From the NCBI GenBank assembly GCA_964016885.1, contig OZ024746.1:69936001-70000000 (forward strand): a stretch of 64,000 bases of DNA. Reading direction: 5' to 3'. Made by a program: the position numbers and the translations under genes. This document shows, piece by piece, positions 1 through 12,425 of this stretch (positions are counted from its first letter, which is position 1; every line of letters starts with the position of its first letter). This DNA is from Eledone cirrhosa (taxonomy: Eukaryota). The notes beneath the pieces were generated by a model. That model was given only the letters and a program-made list of their open reading frames with translations, made no database searches and was not told the DNA's origin.

Positions 1-85
1 TTTTAAAGGGAGACTACTCTTTATCCACCTAATTTTAACTCTTTGACATTATAGATAGAACAGATACTCTATACTATTTCCTGTC

Positions 86-328
86 AGCATGGCTTGGCAA
101 GATATTTAGAACGCTGGTTTGAGACCTTTATTTCCCTCTGAAGAAGAGATATTATCTCGAAAATTAAGGACATTTAAATAAATCTGAGGTAATAGACAAA
201 TTGTCAACAATATCTTTTGCAATTGTATTCTTTTTTCTATGTCCATACCTGCATTGTTTTAGCTTTATTATACATATTCAAACGTTTATACCTCATTACA
301 CAATGCTTCAAGTGAACTATAACCTCCT

Positions 329-330
<2 letters not shown>
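86..330 (+). mobile_element. Short PLE-derived cassette with minimal type I hammerhead (CTGAAGA 138-144, GAAA 159-162), ending in (TA)n
   Basis: cct-CTGAAGA-agagat(atta)tctc-GAAA-atta-agg. Homologous to the right arm of the palindrome at 30466-30706, with the same 3' end (gtgaactataacctcctcc) abutting (TA)n. Confidence 0.7.
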
Positions 331-407
<77 letters not shown>

Positions 408-487
408 GTCCAGAATTAGCCGTCGAAACGGCTTGAGCTCAGCTGTCGGGGTCTTACTGGTTCCTATATATATATATATATATATAT

Positions 488-866
488 GATAATAATGGAG
501 CTGCGGCGCTGCAAATGGGTTACATATGAAAAAGTTTGTCCTCATCAGTGGCCTTCCAACCGTCGTAGGCATTTCGTCGCATTAAAGGCCATATACCTCA
601 GGTTGGTGCGAGCAACGGCTAAAAAAAGTCGTTGGGACACGTAAATAAGGGGGACGCTAGGGTAAACAAACAAAATGGTTTAAGCAACAGAAAGTGATGA
701 AGAAGAAACAAGCCCCAGATTTCTATGAATATAAATTCGGTGGAATCGTGAACGAGAGAATAAAGACCATCAAACCTGGTTGAAATGTGAGAAAGGAAGG
801 AATTTCGCACAGGTCTAACGGGAGGAAGAAGGGGTCTGGTCTGCGAATTCGGTAAACATAAGTTCT
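488..866 (-). mobile_element. (TA)n-flanked cassette carrying rearranged hammerhead-like motif (family 1, copy A; motif 536-639)
   Basis: Its reverse complement matches 56519-56843 closely. The minus strand reads tgtcc..tcgca-ccaacc-tga-ggtaTA-tggcctt-taa-tgcgac-GAAA-tgcct-acgac-ggttgg-aaggcca-CTGATGA-ggaca. Confidence 0.75.
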
Positions 867-873
867 ATATATT

Positions 874-972
<99 letters not shown>

Positions 973-1128
973 GAATGAAGACGTTTCTTTCGTATTCGCC
1001 TCATTCGGGAAACCTCTGGTAATGAGGTAATTATATTGTATTGATTTTTATACATTAAATTTTGCTCTGATACTTACATAGAGCACTCTTCACTTCTATG
1101 ACCTTTTCTGTTTTCAACGGAAATTTCA

Positions 1129-1176
<48 letters not shown>

Positions 1177-1242
1177 TGTCACCGAAATATATATACCAGT
1201 AAATTTATAATTTATAAGAAACGAAGCCATATTTGATTTACT

Positions 1243-1321
<79 letters not shown>

Positions 1322-1674
1322 TATGTACATATTTATACGTATTTATATTTGAAACTTTGCTGGAAATAACTGCTGTGTATTGATAAGAAAGAAATTACAT
1401 CTACTTTATGTGTAGAAGTTTTTATCAGGTATTGTTTGTGATCTGCACAACATATATATACCAGTACATATTAGAACTACATTATCACACACACATACAC
1501 ACATATGCACATATATACACACACATGCATACACATGTATACATACACACACTTACACACAAACGTAAACATATACATATATATATAGTGTGAGAGAAAC
1601 AGCTGGTATAACGCGTGAATTTAAATGAGTTATTCTCATGGAGATCCTCAGTGCCATTCCAGTTATCAGCATTA

Positions 1675-2020
1675 ACCTCATCATCATCACCATCATCATC
1701 GTCATCATCGTCATCATCATCATCATCATCATCGTCGCCATCATCGTCGTCGTTATCGTCGTCGTCGTCGTCGTCGTCGTCATCATCATCATCATCATCA
1801 TCATCACCATCATTATTATCATCATCGTTACTACGATCATGATGATGATCATCATCATCATGATCATCAACAACATCAACCTCCACTTCGTTGATTATTG
1901 CTACCACCATCTTCACCACAAAAATCACTCTTCTTCTTCTTCTTCTTCTTCTTCTTCTTCTTCTTCTTCTTCTTCTTCTTCTTCTTCTTCTTCTTCTTCT
2001 TCTTCTTCTTCTTCTTCTTC
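1675..2020. repeat. (CAT/CGT)n and (TTC)n microsatellites
   Basis: Direct reading; these explain the poly-D/S/I/L/F ORFs. Confidence 0.95.
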
Positions 2021-2661
2021 TCCCCCCCCCCTCCTCCTCCTCATCTCCTTCCTGCCTCTCCCCTTCTTCCCCACCGCATATTTAGGGAGGTATTTGTCGC
2101 ATTATTTGTGTTATCCGGCGGCAGGTAGTAAATACCTGATTAATTAGGCACTACATCATTGCTTTTCCCAAAATACATCTCATTAAATCATAGTTTTCAT
2201 TATCGATTTCGAAAAGCAGCTTCGATAATTTTCAGATTTAAGAAATATGTCATTAGCTTATGTGGCAGTTGTTTTTACCTATACTGACCTTTCATATTAG
2301 AGTTGTTAAAGCGTTAATTATGATGATGATGATGGTGGTGGTGGTGGTGATGGTGACGGAGATTATGTTGTTGATGCGCTGAAGATCGATGGTCCGTCGG
2401 TTTTAGTCGTTCGATCAACTGAATGTCTGATTCGTGAATTTACATGACTAGTATTCCAGAGAAACATATGCACTTAATGTAACTCTCTGATCGAATCAGC
2501 GAGATACAATATTTAAGAAGATATTTGATATAGGTCATCTTGTATTTTCCTGGCTGATCACTCTACAGACACGAATACATTTAACGTAACTCTTTGGTCA
2601 AATGACCGTGATACAGTATGTAACAAGACTACAGATACTGTTCAACTTGTATTATAATAGA

Positions 2662-3034
2662 TTGGCAGTGTCGGTAGAGGGTCGGACGCCATACTTTGAC
2701 GCATAGAGTTACGGCCCTTGCCATTCTGAGTTCAAATCCCGCCGAGGTTAACTTTGCCTTTCATCCTTACGGGGTCGATAAAATAAAGTACCAGTAATGC
2801 ACTGGGATAATTGCTGGCCTTGTGCCAAAAGTAGAAACAATTATAATAGATTGGCAGTGTTGGTAGAGAGTCGGACGCCATGCTTTGCAACATAGAGTAC
2901 GGTCCTTTACTGTCTGAGTTAAAATCCCACTGAGGTTAAATTTGCCTTTCATCCTTACGGGGTCGATAAATTAAAGTACCAGTAATGCACTGGGATAATT
3001 GCTGGTCTTGTGTCAAAAGTAGAAACAATTATAA
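2662..3034 (+). mobile_element. Tandem pair of tRNA-derived SINEs with Nin-like core
   Basis: Two ~190-bp copies (starts 2662, 2851). A-box-like tggcagtgtcgg, B-box gagttcaaatcc, core ctttgcctttcatccttacggggtcgataaaataaagtacc. Same family at 31660 and 59740-60150. Confidence 0.8.
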
Positions 3035-3705
3035 TTTAAGGAAGAGGCTATGTAACCGGTAAGAGTGTACGACACCATGAGTTGCGGTCCGAGTTAAGAC
3101 AATTGTTAAGACAATTTGAAATCTTTTCCATCATCAGTTGTTAAAAAACAAATTTAAATCATTTAGGCGTCCATTCGTAACGTACGTTACGCTTAGGTTA
3201 CATACACACACATCTACATGTAAATACATAAACAGATACAGACAGAAGGAAGGGGCTGGTGAAACTCTATAACGATGTGTGTTGCGTCCATTTAGAGTTT
3301 ACCGGCTACATAGCCTATATGATAATATAAGTGGCTGAGCATTCCACAGACACGTGTGCCCTTAACATAATTCTCAGGCAGAATCAGTGTGACATAATGT
3401 GTGGTAAGACTAGCCTTTTGAATTACAGGTCCAATCCAATTCAATCCAATCCAAGGCCGTCTCACTCCTGTTGGAGGAACCCTTCCCTGGTTGACCTGCA
3501 CCACATTCTGTTTGGTTTTGGTCATATCAGGAGTCTAGCTGTATTCACCATGCTTGGTCAATTGTGGGTTGGTGTCGCTATTTAACACATAGTTGCAGTG
3601 GATGGCCGTTGAATGTGAGGAGGTCATGCGCCCTTCTAACAGCTCTTGTTTTCTGTGCTGGTGGAGTTCCACTTACCCTCCTCACGAGACTAGGGTCTCT
3701 CTGCC

Positions 3706-3764
<59 letters not shown>

Positions 3765-3807
3765 ATGTATGTATGTATGTATGTATGTATGTATGTATGT
3801 ATGTATG

Positions 3808-6536
3808 TAGTCAGGATGCGTGACAGACAGGATGTGCAGTGTGTTTGTGTTCTTCGTGGAGCTGGACGGACCACCGCCTGGTACGCGCAAAAGTGAAACT
3901 AATCACTAAACGTAAAATCCGGGCTCCTGGTGTTACCCTGCCCCCAAAATTGAATGCTGCTCGTCTTAAGGATAAAAATGTGAAGAGGACATTGGAAGAA
4001 GAGATGCAGGCTGCAGATCTTGGTGAGGATTGGCCGACCCTTAAAAAGTCGGTTTATGATGTAGGCAGGCGTGTTCTGGGATTGGCGCAGAGGAAACACC
4101 AGGACTGGTTTAATGAGAATGATGTACATATAGAAGACTTGTTGGCTGATAAGAGGCGTGCTCTGACACGCTACTTGGCGGCAAAACCACGGGAGAGGAA
4201 TACGTTGCATGAGGAACTCAGGGATGTAAAATCACGTGTTAGGTGGAGTCTTTCTCAGATGAAGGATCAGTGGTGGAGTGAGAAGGCTGGTGAGATACAA
4301 ACTGCGTCTGATTCCAATAACACAAAGCTGTTGTACAGTCTCTTGCGTGAGGTTTATGGACTGTCTTCTTCTCTGGTGACACCGCTTCGCAGCAAGGATG
4401 GCAAAGAACTTCTTTGTGACTCACAAGGAATTCTATGAAGGTGGCGAGAGCACTTTGATGATCTTTTGAATCAGCCGTCTGTCGTCAGTGAAGATTTCCT
4501 CAATCTCATTCCAGAAAGTCCTGTGAAAGTAGCTCTCGCAGAACCTCCGACGCTTGTGGAGGTTGCAGTGGCTATTTCGAAGCTAAACAGTGGAAGATCT
4601 CCAGGTATGGATGGCATACATGCTGAGCTCCTACAATATGGTGGTGAGAGACTCCTGCAACATCTTCACTCTTTGTTTGGCAGGATATGGGCTAATGAAT
4701 CCGTACCTGAGGACTGGAGAGATGCAGTAATGGTGGTTTTGTACAAGGGAAAGGGTAACAGGAACGATTGTGGGAACTACAGAGGTATATCATTACTTTC
4801 TGTCGTAGGGAAAGTTTTATGTAGGCTGCTTCTGGACCGTCTGCTGACACATATTGCAGATTGTGTTCTTCCTGAAAGTCAATCTGGTTTTCGTGCTGGA
4901 CGCGGCACTACTGATATGATCTTCTCAGCTAGACAGCTCCAGGAGAAGTGCATGGAACAAGGCTTGGATCTGTATCAGGTTTTTGTCGATCTGACAAAAG
5001 CTTTCGATACTGTTAACAGAGATGCATTATGGAAGGTTCTCCAGAAACTTGGTTGCCCTGATAAGTTCCTTGCTTTAGTTAGGTCTTTCCATGACGACAT
5101 CAAGGCTTGGGTTAATGTCGGGGGTAACATGTCGGAGCCTATCTCAGTAAAAAATGGAGTGAAACAGGGGGATATTCCAGCACCGACCCTGTTTGCCATA
5201 TACTTTGCAATGGTTTTCTGTATTGCATTCAGGAATTGCGAGCATGGTGTTTACATCCGATATCGAACCTCAGGCAGCATATTTAACACCAGGCGCTTTG
5301 CTGCGAAGACAAAAGTATTTACATCAATCATAAGAGACCTCTTGTATGCAGATGATTACGATCTTGTAGCGCACACAGAGAGTGTATTGCAGCACATTTT
5401 GAATGCATTTTCTGACGCTTGCACTGCCCTAGGTCTGACTGTCAGTCTCAAGAAAACCGTCGTCATGTACCAACCTGCCCCTGGTAAGCAGTACACTGTA
5501 CCAAAAATCTATGTGTATGGCAAACGACTTGGAGTGGTTGATCAGTTTGTCTACCTGGGAAGCACTGTCAATTGATACAGCAACCTTGACAGTGAAATCT
5601 CACTTAGGATTAGGAAAGCAAGTGATGCTTTCGGAAAGCTAGAAAGGCGACTCTGGGGTCGGCGAGACATATGCAGGAGGACAAAGGTAAAGGTGTACAG
5701 GGCATGTGTGCTCTCTTGTCTTCTTTATGCCTGCGAGACCTGGGTCACATATCGACACCACCTTAAGCAATTGGAGCGTTTCTATCAGATGTGTCTCAGA
5801 CGGATCCATGGCGTTCACTGAAGGGACCACATCAGTGATGTCGAGATTTTGGAAAGCTCTATGTATGACAGTATAGAAGCTCTTGTGCTTAAGCAACAAC
5901 TCCGTTGGAGTGGTCACCTTGCCAGGATGAAGGATTCTAGAATACCAAAACAACTCTTTTATGGAGAGTTGGTTAAAGGAAAACGACCGCCACATAAACC
6001 AAAAAAGAGGTATAAGGATTCCTTGAAAGCCTCTCTGAAAGACGCTAACATCTCTGCTGATACATGGGAGAATATTGCTGCTGATCGTAATAAATGGAGA
6101 AAGACTGTATATGAGGGAAAAGTTGCCTTTGAGGCATCTCGAATCGCATACGAGAAAGTAAAGCGGGATGTGAGGAAGGGCATTGCTGTTGCACTTCCAG
6201 ACGGCGAGGGTCCTCCTATGGTGCTGACATGCAGCGTATGTGCGAGACTCTGCCTAAGAAAAGCTGGACTCGAAAGTCATCTTCGCAGTCATAAAGTAAG
6301 ACCAGTGGTTGACTACCAGGCTGCTGTTGGAGATGCTACTCATTATGCTTGCCAAACATGTGGTAGAGAATGTAAATCAGCAGGAGGGCTCAAGCGACAT
6401 GCAAAAGTACACGAACTCCAACCACAGCCGACTATTCTCAGTGAATGTTTTGGTTGCCGACTCTGTGCAAGACATTGTAGATCATTGGCTGGGCTAAAAA
6501 GCCACATTCGATCGCAGCGCTGTTAGTTGCTATCGT
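3808..6536 (+). mobile_element. 5'-truncated RTE-clade LINE (APE C-terminus, RT, three C2H2 fingers), inactivated by 3 in-frame stops
   Basis: ORF pieces 3839-4438, 4466-5575 and 5849-6526 share one frame. Motifs: TDHRLV, SPGMDGI, NYRGISLLS, PESQSGFR, FVDLTKAFD, GVKQG, LYADD, YLGS, QLRWSGHL..RIPKQLFYGEL. Stops are TGA at 4436, 5573 and 5819. Confidence 0.93.
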
Positions 6537-6654
6537 GTGTGTGTGTGTGTGTGTAGATATGCTTATGTGCGTGCGTGTGTGTGTATATATATATGTATAT
6601 GTATATTATTATTGTTGTTGTCGTTATTATTATTGTTGTCATCGCCACCACCTT

Positions 6655-9600
6655 CACCAAAACGAAAAAAAATAAAACCACACCAACAAAATGTTAAAAA
6701 CTTCGTGCTTGTCAGAAGGGCCAACGATAAACTGATGGCCCTCTTAGCGCGAAGCGAGGACATTCAAACAGAGGGGGGGATTTTTGAAATGAGCACATTT
6801 TGCGTGCCAGAAGATTTGCTTCTGGTCCGAATGTCACTCAATTCCTTCAAAGAAATTCGAGAGAGCTTTCCTCAAGACGTGGGAAACCCGAATGTGAAAC
6901 CCACATGAAGACTTTTAAAGGGGTTCCCAAAAGAAACCCCACCAACCATGGAGGTCGAACCACCCGACCTTCACAAGACCCGGGAGGTAAGTAAACCTTC
7001 CCTCTCTCTCTCTTAGCTTACCAATATGGCCATATTAAGAGTAGGAAGTTTAAATGTTCGCGGCCTGGGGTCACCCTGGAAGCAGGGTCGCCTGCTCAAC
7101 GACCTCCGGTCGCTGGAAATGGATGTGATTGCCGTAAGCGAGACCAGAATTTCCGACACGCGTGCACTAGCCCCCATTTTCGACGACTATCAGATCTTCG
7201 CATCTGTTAGCAGGCCGGGAATGGGGGGTGGGGGGGGGGGGGCAGTGCTGTTTAGGAAAGGACTGGATCTCGAGGTAAGGTCGATCTTCCGGGACCCGGA
7301 CGGTAAGTTGGTGGTCTTGGATGTGAGCAGTAGCGAAGGTGGTGCCTTTAGACTGCTGGCCGCCTACGCCCCTACAGGGGCCGGACGACCTGACTTCTTT
7401 AGGCGCCTGGAGACCTTTCTGGGTACGTCTCGCCCTTTACTGTTAGCGGGGGACTGGAATGGCATCTTAGACGCACGCTGGGATTGTGTGGGAGTAGCTG
7501 ATAGAAGCGGGGGGTGCAAAAGCCTCAAGATCCTACTCAGCCAGTTCCAACTGTCTGAGAGGTATCGACTAGATTTCCCCAATGTGCCAGTATGGACATG
7601 GACCAACCGAATGGGGTCATCTAGATCGTATATAGACAGAATCTTCATTAGGAAAATAGATAGAAATAGTGTGGGCTGTCCACTTTTTAAAACGGTCGCC
7701 TATTCAGATCACAAATTTGTGATCTGTACGGTCGACCTAAATAAAACGCGTAGGTTAGGACCGGGTTACTGGAAGCTGAACATGTCATTTCCGGCACGTA
7801 AGGCTTACAGGGACCGAGTCAATAAGTTAGTTAAGCAAAAGTTGACAGGGGGGATCATCAACAACAGATGGTGGGGGGCTCTCAAAAGAGAGATTAGAGT
7901 AACTTCGATAGAGTTCAGCAAAGAACTAGCGTTAGAGAAAAATAGAAAGGAGGGGGAGCTGGTAGATAAGTTAGACGAGACTATTTGTAGTGGCATCGCA
8001 ACTGACGTGCTAGCGGCGAGAATGGCATTAGACCATTTATTCAATGCGAAACACGAAGGTTGCATTGTCAGAGCTAAGGCGCGTGCGCTGAGAAACGAGG
8101 GAACTAAAGCTGTTCGATGGGCCCGCGTGGCGGAGGCGCAGCGTGGTAATAAAACCACAATTCGGTCTTTGGCTGACCGAGACGGACACGAGATAAGCGA
8201 TTCCAAGCGGATGTGTGAGGCCTTTCGCCAGCACTTTGCTCGGTTGTTCGGGGAGAGTGGCGAGTCAGAGAGAGTAGCGGATTTCAGTCCCTACTTTGAC
8301 GGCTTGCCGCGCATCTCGACGGTCGACGCTGAGCGCTGCGAAAGGCCGATTACTTCAGCCGAAATTCAGGACGCCCTTGTCGGCTGCATGAGGCGCAAGT
8401 CACCCGGCTTGGATGGCCTGCCCTACGGCTTTACGTAAATATGCCAGACTTGTTCTCCGAACTCCTCGAAGCACTCTACTGTAACTGGCAGCAGAATGGG
8501 AGTATTCCCAGTTCTGTGAGCAGGGGAGTGGTGACGCTGATAAGGAAAGACGAGAACAAGAGGGATACATTAGACAACTTCAGGCCCATAACTCTGCTCA
8601 ACACAGAGTTTAAGATTTTGGCCAAGGTGTTAGCAAAGAGATTGGCGCTTGTCGTCGAGGATTTGGTTGGGGAGGCGCAAACTTGCGCAATCCCAGCCAG
8701 GTCCATACACGACAATCTCCACCTCATGCGATACATCATAGAGAGGGTAGGGTGTAAACCTGGCTTCGGTGGGGCACTGATCAATTTAGATCAATCGAAA
8801 GCATTCGATAGGGTCGACCATCGGTATCTGGATTTGTCCTCAAAGCAGCTGGCTTCGGCCCTGTCTTTAGAAGCTGGATCGTTGCAATGCACAGCGGCAC
8901 ACGCTCGGTGGTCAAGGTTAATGGCCACCTCTCGGAACCATTTCGGCTCTCCCGATCGGTCCGTCAAGGGTACCCTCTCTCTTCCCTTCTGTACGTATTG
9001 ACTCTCGAGCCTTTACTGCGGAAGCTGGAGCTGTTGCGGGGCATCCCGCTCGAACCGGGACGTGGAAAGGCGGTGTCGGCTTATGCGTACGACATCACCG
9101 TGATGGTGTCGAACACCTCAGAAATCGAGGTGGTCGGCACCTTATTGAAGGAATATGAAAGGTTGACAGGAGCCAAACTTAACCCGGAAAAGTCGGTGGG
9201 CTTGCAGCTCGGAACCTGGAGAGGCAAGCCCATGCCGTCCAACAGCGTCGTGGGGTGCTGGACGGACGGACCAGTAAAGTTGCTCGGGGTTTGGTTCGGA
9301 CCAGACCTCCAGGTGGAAAAGAATTGGGACGAGGTAACGAGCAGAGTAGCCAGTCTCACCCAAAAATGGGCTGGGAGGAAGCTATCACTGAAAAGTAGCG
9401 CGGAGGTGGCGAATGCGTACATCGCGTCCGTCATCTATTACCGCCTAACGGTCGTGCCTTGCCCCCGTCCGCGCCTCGTCAAGTTGGAACGGCTCCTCTT
9501 CAAATTTTTGTGGAGGGGACAAGTTCCGTTGGTGAGGCGGTCCATCTGCTGCCAGCACCCTCTACGCGGAGGGCTGGGCATGCCGTGGCTAATGATGCGC

Positions 9601-10737
9601 AGACATGCGTTGAGGCTGCGACATCTCCAGATATTCTGCCTCAATGGTGAACAGGTGTGGTCGCCGTTTATCAGACGGGCCTTTCCGCAGCTCATTTCTT
9701 TGACTGAGCTGCAGTCCTGGGTCAAGAAGAGACCGAGACTGGGTGACTGGCACCTGGAATGTTGCCAGGTACTCACTGCCCTCTACCAAGCGGACAATGC
9801 GATCAGTGGAACTTCCACTCTCGAGTTCTATAGAGGATTAGTGGTGGGCAAGTGCGATGACGCACTCGGAGAAGCTTTGGGCCTCGGCGAAGTCGAACTG
9901 ACCGGTCTGTACCGGAGGACTTTTGAGCCGGGGACGATGGACAATTTCCAGAAATCCCTCGCTTGGCAGTGCTACCGGGGGGCACTGCCGGTTCGGGATA
10001 AACTCTACAGGCACGGAAGTGCTGTCAGACGGACCTGCCCAAGATGCGCACAGAACGACGAAACCGTTCTGCACGCACTTGTCCAATGTCCGTGCATTAC
10101 TGACTTGTGGAGTTATGTCGAACAGCTACTGTCGCGTGTGGAACGAATCCGGTTATCGGCCGAGTCCATAGTGAAGATCGAGCCGCCACCTTCCTTAGGT
10201 CAGGAAGAGCAGGACATTTTCCTCTGTCTGGTGGCAGTTGCGAAAGAGATTATATGGTGGACCAGGTTGAAAGGACTAAAGACAGACACTTTTCTCTTCG
10301 GCCAATCCCTCATCAACTTCTTCAAGTTTCACCTGGAAAGGAAGGTGAGGGTGGAGAGAGAAGTGCTGCCCCCCCCCCCCCCAGTACATTTGCTAAAAGG
10401 TGGATGAATGTGGCGAGAATGGCTCGTGTGAATGGGCCTACTCTGACCATGCGCCTATAGGCTAGCTAACTTGAGGAGAGGGGTGCTCTCCTGGGTGCCC
10501 TAGAAGCGCAGGTTGGTTCAGGATTGGTGGGGTACCCGAATCACCCCAGGGTCGTCCACCCCCTATCGGGGAATTTATTTTGTTATATTTATGCATAGTT
10601 TATTTTATATTTTATATTTTCATTGTTAAATTAGTCTTGCCATTGTGCACTTTTACTCGACCTTATTGTAAACCCCCACTGTCCCTGTCTTTGTATTGTC
10701 CCCTACATGTCGGCCCTTGTGGCTAATAAATGAAATC
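6655..10737 (+). mobile_element. Tx1/L1-clade LINE: ORF1 3' remnant, frameshifted ORF2 (APE-RT-CCHC), 3' UTR with AATAAA
   Basis: APE motifs SLNVRGL, YAP, GDWN, SYIDRIF, SDH (7026-). RT motifs KSPGLDG, RPITLLN, DQSKAFDRVDH, RQGYPLS, AYAYD (YADD mutated). CPRC..ETVLHALVQC knuckle. Frameshifts near 8430, 8835 and 10380. AATAAA at 10725. Confidence 0.92.
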
Positions 10738-10945
10738 GTTATTATTATTGTTGTTATTATTATTATTATTATTATTGTTATTAATGTATGTGCGTGTGTA
10801 TATGTGTGTGTGTGAGTATGTGTGTGTGTGTGTGTATATATGTATGTATATGTATATATATATATATTTCTCTTTTTTTTTCTTTTTATTTATTTATTAT
10901 TATTATTATTTTTTTATTTATTTAATTTATTTTTTTATTTCTCCT

Positions 10946-11001
10946 CGTGCAATGGCCATACTCGATAACGAGGGGACAGCCATCATCATGTATGTATGTA
11001 T
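10946..11001 (+). mobile_element. Isolated RTE-type 3' tail followed by (TATG)n
   Basis: gtgcaatggccatactcgataacgaggggacagccatcatcatgtatg, with a ctcg-ataa-cgag hairpin. A near-identical copy lies at 28200-28250. The RTE assignment is from recalled family tail style. Confidence 0.55.
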
Positions 11002-11878
11002 GTCAGGTCACCAGTTGGTGCTACTGGTAACATATATCCCAGTACAACCTGTTTCATGGTCGGGTCGTTGGCGACTAAACTGGCAGCCCCACCAAGGTTT
11101 CTTGGTGAGGAGGGTGACTTTGGACATCCTGCAGGACTAAAAACAAAACCTGTCAAAGGGCAAAGGAGCTTTTAAGAGTCAATGGCCATCCAAAATCACC
11201 GGGAGAGATGACCCCTTAGTCTTTGTCAAGGCAGAATTCTAGGAGAAGGAAAACTCTGATATAACACCTGCAACCCTGATGGTATCCAATGATGTTGACT
11301 TGTTCTTCTTTTTGGTAAATATCATCTTGGTTAAGAGAGTGGGACTGGCTTTGTGCAGTGCCTTTGCTCACTATAAAAGCTTCACGGCACAGGAATTGCT
11401 TTATATCTGGAGATCTCTCTGCACTTGTCGTCACATGGTCACATTTTTTTCTTTTTTCACCTGGGAGTGAAAGGCCCTCAGTTGTCACAACACCTTTCTA
11501 GGAGAGGGGAACTCTGAAAAAAAAACCTGTGGTTTCGGAAGCATCCGATAATGTTGACCAATTCTCCTTTTCGTGTAGTGTTTTCGATGCTCAGAGAGTG
11601 TGATTGGTCGAGTGTAAGGCCTTTCCCCACTTAAAAACCTTCAAAGCACAGGCATTGCTTGTTCAAGATCTGTTAGATGTTCGTACATGTTCGTGTGGCT
11701 GGCCGTAGCTTAAAGGTGTACCATTTTCTGTAATCTGACAAGCGATTGCAATACTCTAAGCAGAGTTTTCAGTCATCATGTATGTATGTATGTATGTATG
11801 TATGTATGTATGTATGTATGTATGTATGTATGTATGTATGTATGTATGTATGTATGTATGTATGTATGTATGTATGTA
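11002..11878 (+). mobile_element. Non-autonomous bipartite RTE-like element (5'-UTR-like region duplicated internally, short tail, (TATG)n)
   Basis: Contains ctaggagaaggaaaactctga-type segments twice (~11205-11400, ~11461-11660). The tail atactctaagcagag..cagtcatcatgtatg resembles the 10946 tail. Related copies at 12230-12425 (-) and 27860-28320 (+). Confidence 0.55.
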
Positions 11879-12229
11879 TTCAGGCACAAAAACTGCATCG
11901 AATGAGTTTTGATAAAGTCAAAAATGATGGAAGACATGACCCTGGGTCGATCATATTCAGGGAATCAATGTTTAATGGAAAACAGAAATTTGAAAAAATC
12001 TTGTGTGGAGCATGAACAATTAAAGAGGGGTCTGCGTAAGGGTCAACACAATATTACTTTACCTAGATTTTCAGATGCTTAAAAGGACTTTATGTGCAAT
12101 GAGTGTGTCCGAATTTGCTTCAGTAGAGCTAGTTCTTTTCTAACAATAGTTCTTTTCTAACATTGACAATTTGCATTGAACATCTGCAAAGCCGCATTGT
12201 TTTCAGAACCACTACACCAGTCTTTCGAT

Positions 12230-12425
12230 GCGTGCAGCTGGAACTACTGCCACCCATTGATTTGGCAGGATTTCTTTTTTAGATGGCCGTTGGCTTTTAT
12301 GAGTTCTTCCGCCCTTTGTCAGGTTTTGTTTTTTTATCCTGCAGGGTGTCCGCCGACGACCCGACCATGCGACATGTTGTACTGGGTTACACGCTACCAG
12401 TAGCACTCGAGAGTGACCTGACATT
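12230..12425 (-). mobile_element. Inverted copy of the 5' leader of the 11002 family
   Basis: The reverse complement reads tgtcaggtcac..gtgctactggta..cccagtacaa..catggtcgggtcgt..cctgcagga..aaaacaaaacctgacaaagggc, matching 11001-11190. Confidence 0.7.

Noticed and set aside
4436-5821. Three in-frame stops in the RTE are all TGA, suggesting selenocysteine or readthrough
   Set aside because: They fall at positions expected to be Arg or Trp rather than Cys, consistent with CGA->TGA and TGG->TGA point mutations; no SECIS identified.
7364-10086. Antisense ORFs over the LINEs (also 43513-45456, 54494-55480)
   Set aside because: Shadow ORFs of retrotransposon coding regions with no recognisable motifs.
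10710-10730. tcggcccttgtggctaa resembles the U2 snRNA 5' stem (Keno-type Tx1 target)
   Set aside because: Short gapped match inside the element's 3' UTR with no further U2 sequence in either flank.
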